64,000 nucleotides of DNA from Malacoraja senta (lineage: Eukaryota). Where the stretch lies: assembly GCA_038087875.1 (NCBI GenBank), contig CM075992.1:6698001-6762000 (forward strand). The letters run 5' to 3'. Under the pieces are notes generated by a model that did not search any database, was not told the DNA's origin, and worked only from the letters and a program-made list of their open reading frames with translations. Position 1 is the first letter of the stretch; each line of letters starts with the position of its first letter. Positions 37,318 to 50,059 of the stretch are shown piece by piece. The position numbers and the translations under genes were made by a program.

Positions 37318-37527
37318 TGTGTAGGAAGGAACTGTAGATGCTGGTTTACACAAAATATAGACAAAATGCTGGAGTAACTCAGCGGGACAGATCATCTCTG
37401 GAGAGAAGGAATGGGCGATGTTTCGGGACGTGTCTGAAGAAGGGTCTCGACCCAAAACGTCACCCATTCCTTCTCTCCAGAGATATCTGTCCCGCTGAGT
37501 TGCTCCAGCATTTTGTGTCTTTCATCA
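37318..37527 (-). mobile_element. PLE-derived fold-back mini-element
   Basis: Inverted arms; 13-bp TSD AAAGAAATACTAG at 37305-37317 and 37528-37540. Confidence 0.86.
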
Positions 37528-39739
37528 AAAGAAATACTAGCCTTGGGAAGAATACCACTTGGATTTATCCTAACTTTTGGATTCCAAGAGTTGCATTATC
37601 AAAAAAGCTTGCACAAACTAACATTCAGAAAGTTAAATGAGCCTTAATCAAAGTTTATGATAGGGTGGATGGAAATAATCACTCCTGGTTGAGGAATCTA
37701 GTGCTAAGATTTGAACCAAGGCTTTTCAACCAAAACTGAGTCCCATTCCCAATCTGATTTCCAGTTATTATACATCTTCAAGCAGTTCATCTCATGCCAA
37801 ACATAGAGAAGTAGAGCATAGGAACAGGCCCTTTGGCTCAACATATCAGCACCCGCCATGAGGTCAAATTAAACTAATGTCACCTGGAATGGTACATTGT
37901 TCCATGTCAGTACATAGGACAAGAAAACAACTCTTTTGATCTTTCAATTCCTTCTGATCATGTGAATGCTGAGGACTGCAACGTCCAGGTTCAGGAATAG
38001 CTGCTTCCCCACAGCCATCAGGCTATTAAATTCAACTGAAACAAAACTCTGAACATTAATAGACCATTATCTGTTTATTTCCACTTTATCTGCTTATTTA
38101 TTCATGTGTGTATATATCTATACAATGGTATATTGACACACTGATCCGTTCTGTATTCATGCCTACTATATTCCGTTGTGCTGAAGCAAAGCAAGAATTT
38201 CATTGTCCTCTCTGGGACACATGTCAATAAACTCTCTTGAATCTTGAAATGTTGCTAAAATATTTGTTTCCACTGGAAATGTATTCCAGCCACCTGCCAC
38301 TCTCCGTGTAAAAATCTTAACATGCCCCTGCCCATCTCATTTGAACTCGCCACCTCCCCATCTCACCTTGAACCCATGCCCTCTGCTCTCTTACGTCACC
38401 ACCCCAAGACAAAGATTCTGACCATCTCCCCTACCTAGAACCATCACTTGGTTCACACTGACAACGGGAAGAGTCTGGAAAGTACACATTAACAGACAGA
38501 GGAATCATGTACCGGATCAACCAAAATGTGCTGCAGTATGGACTGACGCTGGCAAATGCAGGGAGCACAAATTCACAGGAAACATTTAGCAAAGCATTGA
38601 CAGACTGTGTAGGAGATCATCCTTCCAGGCTTTTCAGCATGTAAAAAAAAAATGCATTGTTCATCCAAAAATATTATACTGCTGAGATCTAAACATTGCT
38701 TCACCCCCTTCTGTTGCTGCTTTGCTGGATGGTTTGCCTGTAATCTTTGTGGCAGGGTCTAATCTGTATGCAAACAGCAACGCAATGTCAATTGGGTAAT
38801 GAGACACTGGGATTCATCCTCATTATTCTCCTCGTGTGCTTGGGTGAGTAGAGCGGGAGAGACAGCAACGACCGGGAAAGCACAGCATCGATTACCCCAG
38901 TCGCCAGTTGTACTCTGCTACATCCCTGGTCATCGTATGCCCTCAGACGTCCAACACTGCATTTTCTTTTAATTAACTCTGATTGGATTTGAAGACATGT
39001 CTTGATTCGGATCCTAAACACACAGAATGCATTCCTTGGAGACCAAGGCTTCCAAATAGGATATCTCTGCTGAGCAACTTTCCCACAGTGTGATTCTTAG
39101 CAGGTTTACCTGATGAAGGCAAGGCTTCCTTGTAGTTTTGGCTGGCTTAGGTAGGGAAGTACAGGAAATAAGAATCAAACGTTTCTTCCTTAATCAATCT
39201 GCATACCTCAACAATTCAATGTGCAGGAAGGAACTGCAGATGCTGGTTTACACCGAAGACACAAAATGCTGGACTAACAGTGGGACAGGCAGCATGTCTG
39301 ACAAGAAGGAATGGGTCACGTTTCAGGTCAAGACCCTTCTTTTTCTATTTTAGCTTTGAGCAAAACACAAAGTGCTGCAAGAACAGGCAGCATCTGTGGG
39401 GGGGGGGGGGGGGAAGGATAGATGATGCCTCGGGTTACGACCCTTTCTCAGAATGGCCAGACTTTGCCCTACCCCTACTTCTCTTTTCCAGCTTTCAACC
39501 CCCTTCATCAGTCTGAAGAAACCAGACCCAAAGTGTTATCTGTCCATTCCCTCCACAGACGCTGCCCTAACCCACTGGGTTCCTCCAGCACTGTGTTTTT
39601 ACTCTATGCAAGTTTGCAGATCAGGACTTTTTTTCTTTCAGGCAAGGACAACAGCCATTTAGGCTCAACATTGAGTTCAACAATGTCACGTCATAATGAC
39701 TTGCCCCATCTCATCAGACAGCAGCTGTAGGTAACAATT

Positions 39740-39939
39740 NNNNNNNNNNNNNNNNNNNNNNNNNNNNNNNNNNNNNNNNNNNNNNNNNNNNNNNNNNNNN
39801 NNNNNNNNNNNNNNNNNNNNNNNNNNNNNNNNNNNNNNNNNNNNNNNNNNNNNNNNNNNNNNNNNNNNNNNNNNNNNNNNNNNNNNNNNNNNNNNNNNNN
39901 NNNNNNNNNNNNNNNNNNNNNNNNNNNNNNNNNNNNNNN
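39740..39939. other. Assembly gap (200 N)
   Basis: Run of N. Confidence 1.
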
Positions 39940-40890
39940 TGGTGTTGCCATCATCTTTTGTCCCACACTATCAGTCCTCAATTGCTCCCGCCTTCCACTA
40001 TCATACAACTTCCTTTTTTTCACCATGTTAGTGTTTTAAACTGCTGGCTAGCAATGAGTGATATTATTAAATACAATCACCTGTTCTACGAAAGCATTAT
40101 ACAAAAGCTCGAGAGCAAGAGAATGTCGGAGCCAATTCAATTCCAAGAAGGATTTAATGAGACTACTCCTGTAGTAGGAATTGTCAGTTTTACTAGAATA
40201 ACTAGACAATGAATTTCTTTGTGTTAATCCTTTGTTCTCTTTTACACTGTGGCATCTTACTAAAGAGCACTAGCTCACATATAACTTTTCCCAAAGTTTA
40301 TTTACTTTTGTCTTTCCTTTTCTGCAGCTCCATGATTTACACCCATTCCATTTAGATCAACCAATTCATTTAAAATTATAATGATTAAATTATAACCAGC
40401 CTAGATAAAGCTGTATCAAAACCATTTATCTCTTTGCTCTTCTGCAGTCTTCCTTTCTATTTGGCTCCTGTGCAAATTTATTTTCCTTCCTATTTCACAG
40501 CATATCATACTCTGGGGAGAATATTCTGAAGGCCGAGTCTATTACCAAAGCCACACAGGCTGACATGTCATCTCTCTGGTTGCCATTTCACTTACACCTT
40601 TTATGCCCATCCCATCATATTATTTTATTATCGTTGTTCAAGGAAGTAGCAATCAACCTCCAACCAGAAAGGGCTAAATCTAATGCGATATTAACAATGC
40701 ACATTTATATTAAACAGTCTTAAATATATGAAATCTATGTCTCCGTAGATTGAGTGGTAAATTATGAAATGTCAATCTTTGAACACAAGAGAGCAGGAGT
40801 AGGCCACTCGGCCCCTCAAGCCTGCCTCACTATTCATGTATCCTGGCCTCAAAGTCAAGTCAAGTATATGCACAAGTACATATACACGAT

Positions 40891-41710
40891 ACCCCGTGAC
40901 ACTGCTCTCTCCCCATCCCCCCCCACTCGTAACAAGGGCCGAGTCCCCCTTGTCCTCACCTTCCACCCTACCAGCCGTCACGAACAACTAATAATCCTCC
41001 GTCATTTTCGCCACCTCCAACGTGACCCCACCACTTGCCACATCTTCCCATCTCCTCCCCTGTCCGCTTTCCGCAGAGACCGTTCCCTCCGTAACTCCCT
41101 GGTCAATTCGTCCCTTCCCACCCATACCACCCCCTCTCCGGGCACTTTCCCTGGCAACCGCAGGAAATGCTACACTTGTCACTTCACCTCCCCCCTTGAC
41201 TCCATTCAAGGACCCAAGCAGTCGTTCCAGGTGCGACAGAGGTTCACCTGCACCTCCTCCAACATCATCTATTGCATCCGCTGCTCTAGATGTCAGCTGC
41301 TCTACATCGGTGAGACCAAGCGTAGGCTTGGCGATCGCTTCGCCGAACACCTCCGCTTGGTTCGCAATAACCAACCTGATCTCCCTGTGGCTCAGCACTT
41401 CAACTCCCCCTCCCATTCCCAATCCGACCTTTCTGTCCTGGGCCTCCTCCACGGCCAGAGTGAGGACCACCGGAAATTGGAGGAGCAGCACCTCATATTT
41501 CGCTTGGGCAGTTTGTACACCAGCGGTATGAACATTGACTTCTCTAATTTCAGGTAGTCCCAACTGCCTCCTCCTTCTCAGCTCTCCCCCACCACCACCC
41601 ACCCTCACATCAGTCTGAAGAAGGGTTTCGGCCCGAAACTTTGCCTATTTCCTTTGCTCCATAGATGCTGCTGCACCCGCTGAGTTTCTCCAGCATTTTT
41701 GTCTACCTTA
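40891..41710 (+). mobile_element. 5'-truncated Penelope-like element (Neptune-type GIY-YIG endonuclease region plus terminal repeat)
   Basis: Open frame to TAG 41557: CYTC...FTCTSSNIIYCIRCSRCQLLYIGETKRRLGDRFAEH...VAQHF...RKLEEQHLIFRL...GMN; followed by CTGAAGA...GAAAC hammerhead-like motif and repeat arm. Confidence 0.92.
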
Positions 41711-43904
41711 CATATACAAGTTTCTATGTTTCTATTTGATTGGGGACGATGGCGCCATGATCACAATGAATGGCGGCGCTGGTTCGAAGGGCCTCCTCCT
41801 GCACCTATTTTCTATGTTTCCACAGACACAGTCAAAGATACTTTAGCTATAGTATCTTTGGGCACAGTGAAAATCTTACTTGCAGTAGCATTACAGGCAC
41901 AGAGACTCAGATAACACACTAAATATATTATACAAGAGAGTAAAAAGAAATCTGTGCAAAAACAAGATATAAGTGCAAAAACACAATTAGAAAACAAGTG
42001 CATGGTAGTGCAAGAGGTGGCCTGTAGCGTTCCGTTGCCAAGATAGGTTCAGGGCTGTGGGGGTCCGTTTAAGAACCTGTTCGGTAAAGTAGATCTTCCT
42101 GGACCCGGTGCTGTAGGACTTCAGGCTTCTCGATTCCTTTTCTGTACACTCACACAAAATTTTCTATAGATCCATTTCCCAGATTTGCACATTAATTGTC
42201 CATTAAACTTACCACAGAAATTTAATTCAGGTAATTAGCAAGTAGTCTTTTTAATGATGTGATAATTGTTACTGCACACTGTTAGCCAACACTTCTTAAA
42301 CCAAGGAAAAGCTGTTTAATAAATGGTAGTGAATTGTTCATCAAGATTCAAGTATTTTAAAATCTATTACCCCATTCAATATTTGATTGTCTATTTCACA
42401 TTTTGTATCCAGTTTGACTCTATTCATTATTTCCTGCTCAGTCAATCCTTTCTCAGTCTACAATTTTATCTTAGCCGATGTACTATTGGTCCTACATAGA
42501 CTTTGGTCACACCCTACATTCTGGATGATTAACAGCTCAGTGCAGAACAATAACAAACAGACTGGAGATAGACACAATGCGCTGGAGTAACTCAGTGGGT
42601 CAGGCAGCATCTCTGGAGAAAAAGGACGGGTGACGTTTCCGGTCCTGAGTATTTCCAGCATTTTGTGCCTATCTTTGGTATAAACCAGCATCTGCAGTTC
42701 CTAGTTTCTACAAACAGACTGGTCCAGTCTGAAGAAGCCTCTAGACCTGAAACGTCACCCATTCCTTTTCTGAAGAAGGGTTTCGGCCCCAAACGTTGCC
42801 TATTTCCTTCGCTCCATAGATGCTGCCGCACCCGCTGAGTTTCTCCAGCAATTTTGTCTACCTTCGATTCTCCAGCATCTGCAGTTCCTTCTTGAACATT
42901 GACCCATTCCTTTTCTCCAGGGATGCTTGCCTGTCCCGCTGAGTTACTCCAGCTTTTTGTGTCTATCTTTGGTGCAGGAAGATATTCCTCCACCACCAGC
43001 TTCATCTGCCCATCAATAACACATCCACACATTGACACCCCCAACACTCCCTTACTGCTCCCATCTGCCTACCAACCTTTCCATCACTATCACCATTCTT
43101 TCTGATCGGATTCCAGAACCAGCTATCCGTTGTTATGTCCACTAATAACCTCGCAGTCTCTGTCACTATTCCCTCATCCCTTCCCCCACCAGGTTCCTTA
43201 CGTCTGGATCCATGTATCACTTCCTAGCTCTTGCTCCACCCTTCTACCCTCTACTCTCTCAGTTCAAATGAAGGGTCTCAACCCAAAATGTTCTGCCCAT
43301 TTCCCTCCACAGATGCTGCCTTACCCCCTGCCCTTTGAGACAATGTAGATGCTGAGAACGTTTCTACCCTGGCTGGGCAGTCATATTCTCAATCGTTTAG
43401 GATGGAGACACTATTCACGAGTTCCCCATATCTACAAAATAATCTTCCGCAGAAGATGTAGAGAGATGTTGATGTTAACAGAGAAACTCATGCATGGTCA
43501 TTTGACCACATGGTCAGGTACGAACCTTATTCCATCAATAATCTCAGTTCAACAGTGGGGTGGCGCAGTGGCACAGCAGGAGAGTTGCTGCCTTACTGCT
43601 CAAGACCCAGGTTCGATCACAACTTTAGATGGTGTCCTTGCAGAGTTTGTACATTCTTCCTGTGACCGCATGTTTTTTTTTCCTGGTGCTCTAGTTTCCT
43701 CCCACATTCCAAAGACGTATGGGTTTGTAGGTTAATTGACATCTGTAAATTGTCCCTAGTGTGTAGGATGCGAGGGTGAGTAACATAGAACTAGTGCGAA
43801 CAGGAGATCAATGGTCAGCATTGACTCAGTGGGCCGAAGGGCCTGCATTCACTGTGTCTCTAAACTAAACTAAAAAAAGTGCTGGAAGGCAGGCCTTGTT
43901 AAGT

Positions 43905-44115
43905 GTGTAAGAAGGAACGGCAGATGCTGGTTCAAACTGAAGATAGACACAAAAAGCTGGAGTAACTCAGCGGGACAGGCAGCATCTCTGGGGAGAAGGA
44001 ATGGGTGACGTTTCGGGTCGAGACCCTTCTTCAGACGCTCGACCCGGAACATCACCCATTCCTTCTCCCCAGAGATGCTGCCTGTCCGGCTGAGTTACTC
44101 CAGCTTTTTGTGTCT
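43905..44115 (-). mobile_element. PLE-derived fold-back mini-element, representative of a family with dozens of copies or arms in the window
   Basis: Inverted arms; 14-bp TSD AGGCCTTGTTAAGT at 43891-43904 and 44116-44129; intact hammerhead-like core on - at 44005-44036. Confidence 0.88.
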
Positions 44116-45039
44116 AGGCCTTGTTAAGTATTGGGTGTCAACTTACAAAGTTGCAACACAGGACTGCATGGTTGTCACACGACAATAAACTGCGTGCAAT
44201 AGACCAACCGATCAGATGAAGGATCTGTAGCACTCCTAGATCTAGGGCGGAGGACAATCGGCCAATGGATCAGGTGGCTCCAAGAAAACCCTAAATGAAA
44301 GCAACACCCAAGATAAAAATGTTCACGACAAGGCTGAGGCATTTATTACCATATTCAGCCAGAGGTATCCAGTGGGATGATCCATTTAGTTTATTGTCAC
44401 GTGTACCAAGGTACAGTAAAAGCTTTTGTTGCGTGCTAACCAGTCAGTGGAAAGACAATACGTGATTACAATCGAGCCGTCCACAGTTTACAGATACAGG
44501 ATAAAGGGCACAATGTTTAGTGCAAGATAAAGTCCAGTAAAGTCCGATTAAAGATAGTCAGAGGGTCTCCAATGAGGTAGATAGTAGCTCGGGACCACTT
44601 TCAGTTGCTGGTACACAATTCCAACCAGAAGAATACAGGAGGCTACACAGAATGGTGGACTCAGCACAGACCATCACGGGTACAGCCTTCTCCACCATCG
44701 AAATCTTCCACATGAGCTGCTATCTCAGGAAAGTGGCATCTAACATTAAGGATCTCCACCATCCATGCCATGCCCTCTTCTCATTGCTAATATCCGGGTG
44801 AGTACAGGAGCCTGATGGAGAAGGATTATCCTTCTCTATCTTTCAGTCTGAGGAAGGGTTCCGACCCAAAACGTCACCATTCTTTTTCTGCAGAGATCGC
44901 TGCCTGACTCACGGAGTTACTTCAGCATTTCGTGTCTATCTATAGTATAAACCAGCATCTGCAGTTCCTTCCTGCACAGGAGCCTGATGTTCCACACCAA
45001 CAGGTTCAGGAGAGCCTAGGTGACTGTATTACATTTGAA

Positions 45040-45232
45040 GGTAGACAAAAATGCTGGAGAAACTCAGTTGGTGAGGCAGCATCCATGGAGCGAAGGAATA
45101 GGTGATGTTTCGGGTCGAGACCCTTCTAAACGTCGCCTAATTCCTTCGCTCCATAGATGCTGCCTCACCCGTTGAGTTTCTCCAGCATTTTTGTCTACCT
45201 TTGATTTTCCAGCATCTGCAGTTCCTTCTTAA
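45040..45232 (+). mobile_element. PLE-derived fold-back mini-element
   Basis: Inverted arms; 14-bp TSD GTATTACATTTGAA at 45026-45039 and 45233-45246. Confidence 0.88.
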
Positions 45233-46446
45233 GTATTACATTTGAACATCTCTTATAATTGATAGACTCTAAGAAAAGTTTTGACCCAATGCTTTCATTC
45301 CATCCCTCCATATCCAGCCATACCGCATTAGTCCATAACTCCTTATACTCAAAAACAGAAGTATTTATTCAATGCCTGTGACATTCTTTTGTCATCATTT
45401 AAATTCCTGCCTAAGGGCAAAGAGTAGAATTTCTGAAATGTCTAGAAAATAACGTTTTTGTTCATGGAGCACTGTCCAACAAGAAGAAAATATTCTGTGT
45501 CCTCTCCTGGGGATTGAAGCGAGGCAGTGAAATTTGGGAAACAGCAATCGTAATATCATCAGATTTGGAATAACAATAAACGAGGACAAGGAATGCTCAA
45601 GCGAGTTGCAAGGGATCCTGTATAACTGGATTTGGAGTCAAAGTATGTGGGCAGGTGTGGTCACCCAACCAAAGGAAGCAGCAGTAAGATTGCAGCAAAG
45701 GTAAAGAGAATAAACAAAGGTGGACAAAAATGCTGGAGAAACTCAGCGGGTGAGGCAGCATCTATGGAGCGAAGGAACAGGTGACATTTCGGGTGGAGAC
45801 CCTCTTCTGACGTAAACAAAGAAAGGATCACTAAATTGGGACTGCAGGTTTGTGGTATGGGACTAGGTCTATACTCATCAATGCAGGAGAGAGAAAGGTG
45901 ATAACACTAAAACATATACAATTCTTAAGTGGCTGTGGAACTAAGAATCAGTCTTCAAATAAGAAGTTGGACATTTAGAGTCACTCCTTTCTTGGGATCT
46001 TTCTCATCATCCCTCCATTCCCAGTCTCCCTCCCCCCACCCCCTCCCCCCACCCTTACCCGACTATAAACCATCTTACCCTCCCCCATTCTCATCTCAAT
46101 GCCAACCTTGCCACTACTCTCTCCCCCCCTGCCACCTTCCCCTTTACCCCCAATCCTCCTCTCCCACTTCCCTATTGCACAACCCCTGTACACTCTTCCA
46201 CCCCCTTTTTCCTCCAGTCCTCAACCAGTACTTCCCTCCAATGCCCCCTCTCCCACTTCACTCCCCCCCCCCAAACTCCCTTCACTTCCACAGTGGCATG
46301 CAGAGTTTGCACGTTCTCCCTGTGACTGCATGGGGTTTCTCCGAGTCCTTCGGTTTCCTCCCACATCCCATAGCCGTGGTGTGTTCATTAATTGGCTTCT
46401 GTAAATTGCGTGGGATAGAACTATTGTACAGGTGATTGATGCTCAG

Positions 46447-47172
46447 GTAAACACAAAATGCTGGAGTAACTCAGCGGGTGAGGCAGCATCTCTGGTGAGA
46501 AGGAATGGGTGACTTTTCGGGTCGAGACCCTTCTTCAGACTGATGTCAGGGGAGGGGGTGGGACAGAGATAGAATGTAGTCAGAGACAGTAAGACTGGTG
46601 GGAGAACTGGGAAGGGGAGGGGGGTGGAGAGCAAGGGCTATTTAAAGTTAGAGAAGTCAATGTTCATACCGCTGGGGTGTAAGCGACTCAAGCGAATTAT
46701 GAGGTGCTGTTCCTCCAATTCACTGTGGGCCTCACTCTGACAATGGAGGAGGCCCAGAACAGAAAGGTCAGATTGGGAATGGGAGTTAAAGTGCTGAGCA
46801 ACCAGGAGATCAGGTAGGTTAAGGCGGACTGAGCGGAGGTGTTCAGCGAAACGATCGCAGAGCCTGCGCTTGGTCTCGCTGATGTACAGGAGTTGACACC
46901 TGGAACAGCGGATACGGTAGATGAGGTCGGAGGAGGTGCAAGTGAACCTCTGCCTCATCTGAAAAGACCGTCGGGGTCCTTGGATGGGGTCGAGGGGTGA
47001 GGTAGTGAGAGCCTCATCTATAATGGAAGAGGGGAACGCCCGTTTCCTAAAGAATTAGAACATTTCTGATGCCCTGGTATGGTAAACTTCATCCTGGGCG
47101 CACATGTGGTGTAGACGGAGGAATTGGGAGTAGGGGATAGAGTCTTAACAGGAAGCAGGATGGGAAGAAGTG
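46447..47172 (-). mobile_element. Truncated, internally deleted Penelope-like element
   Basis: ORF 46638-46958 GIY-YIG (LIYRIRCSRCQLLYISETKRRL); RT-thumb fragment near 47040-47150; terminal repeat with hammerhead-like motif at 46511-46540. Confidence 0.9.
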
Positions 47173-47239
47173 CTCAGCATGGATTCTGTACACAAAGGGC
47201 CTGTTTCCACACAATCTTTAAACTAAAAAACACTCACTA

Positions 47240-48440
47240 ACCCACCTTTCTCCTCCACTCATTCACCCAGTCTTTCCCATCACTCTCTCTCGCAACCTCC
47301 TCACTTCACTCCCTACCCCTCCTCCTCCCCCACTCACTCTCTACCTCCCACTCTCCCCTCATCCACCTCCTTCTCCCTCCCTCACTCCTCTTACTCAAGC
47401 ACACCCCATATATTCTCTACCCTTCTACTCACTCCCCCTATTCTCACACCGTTCTTCCCTCACTCACACTTTCCCCCTCCCTTCAATTCTCAGCCCGCAC
47501 ACCCCTTCCCCCACTCTTCCTCCCCAGCCCATGCTCATGTTACTGCCCCACTCTCAGCCCAGCCCTACTTTCCTCCCTCACGCTCCTTACACTACTCCTC
47601 CGTCAGCCCCTCCCTCCCTCCCTTCACATTCCCTCTCCCCCTCCCATCACACTCTCCATCCACCCTCCATCACCTCACTCCCCCTTCCTCTCCCCTACCC
47701 CCTCGCTCAATTCTCCTCATCCCCATCCCACCACCACCCTCTCCCTACTCACTCCCTTTCCCCTCACTTTCCCCTTCTCTTACAATTCCTCTTTGTCACT
47801 CCCCACCTCCACCACCACCCGCACGCTCCCCCTCCCTCACCCACACTCCCCCTCCTCACACAGCCCTCATTCCCTCCTCTCCCCGCCTCATTGTCTTCCC
47901 CCTCCCCTCACACTCCTCGCTCCGCCCACATTCACTCTCCTCTCATTGTCTTGGGGATTGGGGATGATCAGCCATGGTCACATTGAATGGCGGTGCTGGC
48001 TCAAAGGGCCAAATGGCCTCCTCCTGCACCTATTGTCTATTGTCTTCCCTATCTTTGGTCTTCCCTCTCTCCCCTCACCATCCATTCTCCTCTCACCATC
48101 TCCCCTCCCCTCATTCTCCCCTCCCTCACCTCATTCTTCCCTCTCCCTGCCTTCATTCTCCCCTCCCCCTCCCCTCCCCATTCACCCCTCCCTCTCCTTC
48201 TCCCCTCCCTCCCCCCTCCCCCTCCTCATCCTCCCCCTCCTCATCCTCCCCCTCACAGCCCAAATTCTCCCCTCCCCATCTCATCCCTCCCAAGCTGCCC
48301 TCGTTCTCCCGTCGCCCACTATCTCCTCATTCTCCCCTTCCCCTTCCTCTACCCACTCTCTCTACCCTCCATCCTCTCTCTCCCTCCCTCCCTCCCTCCC
48401 CCCCCATCTCCCCCTCCTCACCCTCTCCACTCCCCGCCCC
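47240..48440 (+). repeat. Polypyrimidine low-complexity tract (similar tracts at 13400-13790, 46000-46290, 53195-53600)
   Basis: Strong C/T bias over more than 1 kb, with a short CR1 tail at about 47950-48040. Confidence 0.9.
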
Positions 48441-48900
48441 TCCCCCCACTCCCGCAGTCCCGGGGCCGCGCATGCGCCCGCTCTCTTTCTCTCTTCCCCC
48501 CCCCCCCCCCCTCCTCACTTACCGGCGGCTCTTTGTTCCGTTGGTCCCGCGCGCGGCGCCTCCTCCTCAGGTAACGCGCGCCGCTGCCGCCCGCCCCGCG
48601 CTTCCCGCCCTCCTGGCCGCCCGCCCGCGCGGAGCCACCAACTGCCGCCCGTCGCCGGGGTGGCTCCGCGCTCCGGCCGCGGGTTCGCGTCCCGATCCCT
48701 GATCCACCCGAACGAGCGAGCGACCGACCGAGCGCCTCATTGTCCGAAGCGGAGAGCGCCCGGCAGGCCCCGCCGCCCCATATGGTGGCGCATCCGGACT
48801 AAAATTAATTAGTTTTATATATTGCGATTAATTCAAAATATATTGTTTAGCCGGGTGTGGATGGCGAGCGGGGCTGCGGGCTGCTGATCGCTTGTCTTGT
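48430..48900. promoter_or_regulatory. CpG-island promoter with probable non-coding first exon(s); gene unidentified (SMARCA4 expected by synteny)
   Basis: CpG-dense; GC box 48432-48440; NRF1 palindrome GCGCATGCGC 48468-48477; + donor CAG|GTAACG at 48570/48571; - donor CCG|GTAAGT at 48523/48522. Confidence 0.75.
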
Positions 48901-49916
48901 TCTTTGGCTGGCTCTGCCTGCCTGCTCGCCACTGAACAAAGCATTGCACACTGCTCTCTGCACAGACAGCTGCTCTTTGCAATTTAAAAGGCTGAAAAAA
49001 AGTTTTTTTAATATTGTGTTTTTGGCAAAACCTTTAAATATCTCTTGAACACAATTCTGCAAATTTTCGCTGCAGGAGATTGATTTTTTAATCGTGTAAT
49101 TTTATAGATATCTAAAAATCATGTGCGTGATATACAGTTTTCTTCTGTGTTTTCTCTTCTCCCGATGTAAAATACAAATAGTTGTTTAGAAGTTTTGTTA
49201 TGATGCAATTTTGCACGATACTCCGCTCCTCAGATATGACAAATTGTTAAATATGTTACTGATATTCCTCTGACTTCAGAGGTCAGGGTTGTTCTGTTTA
49301 TCAATCGTGGGATTTAGTGATGTTGGGGCTTGCTGTATTTTAAGGATGTGGGAGTTTTGGAAAGGTTTTCAATTAAATTGTATCCCTGCTTGAAACATTT
49401 GTGTTTCTGCTCCCCTCCCCAAGAAAAAAAATCTTATCCTGCTGCTCAGATAAATACATTTGGTAGTTTTGACCTTGTGAAATGTTTAAAGTTCCTAAAG
49501 AAATTGTTTCAGGACCGATCCCGTTCAGCTAAGGTATCCGTTTCCCACCAGGAGAGGTGTTTAATTCTCCTGCTCACCAAATGGTCTGATGGAAAGAGCT
49601 GTGAAAGCAGATCTTTCTTTGTAAAGCTTTGTTGGGTGGTACTGAAGGAAAGGTCTGATGCTTTGGTGGATGCAGTGGTTCCAGTTGTGATCTGTTACCA
49701 ATATAGTCCGAGTCATACAGCATGGAAAAAGGCCCTTCACCCCAACTTGCCCATGCTGACCAAGATGCGCCATCTGCGCTAGTCCCAACTGCTCGGGTTT
49801 GGCCCATATCCCTCTAAACCTTAGATAGACACAAATTGTGGGAGTAACTCGGCGGGACAGGCAGCATCTCTGGAGAGAAGGATTGGGTGATGTTTCGGTT
49901 GGAGACCCTTTGTCTG

Positions 49917-50059
49917 GACCAAAAATGTCGCCCATTCCTTCTCTCCAGAGATGCTGCCTGTCTCTACCAAAAATGTCGGGCATTCCTTCTCTCCAGAGAT
50001 GCTGCCTGTCTCGACCAAAAATGTCGCCCATTCCTTCTCTCCAGAGGTGCTGCCTGTCC
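49917..50059 (+). repeat. Three tandem 48-bp units inside a fold-back element arm
   Basis: Unit ACCAAAAATGTCGCCCATTCCTTCTCTCCAGAGATGCTGCCTGTC repeated three times. Confidence 0.9.

Noticed and set aside
40754..41557. A 267-aa host gene or domesticated endonuclease
   Set aside because: Truncated PLE fragment; the N-terminal part derives from unrelated repeats, the start is GTG, and one zinc-finger Cys appears mutated
40988..41608. 206-aa minus-strand ORF
   Set aside because: Antisense shadow of the PLE GIY-YIG ORF
47531..48812. Long Pro/Ser/Leu-rich ORFs (also 13332-14081, 45929-46435, 53164-53671)
   Set aside because: Artefacts of stop-poor pyrimidine or GC-rich low-complexity sequence; no domain motifs
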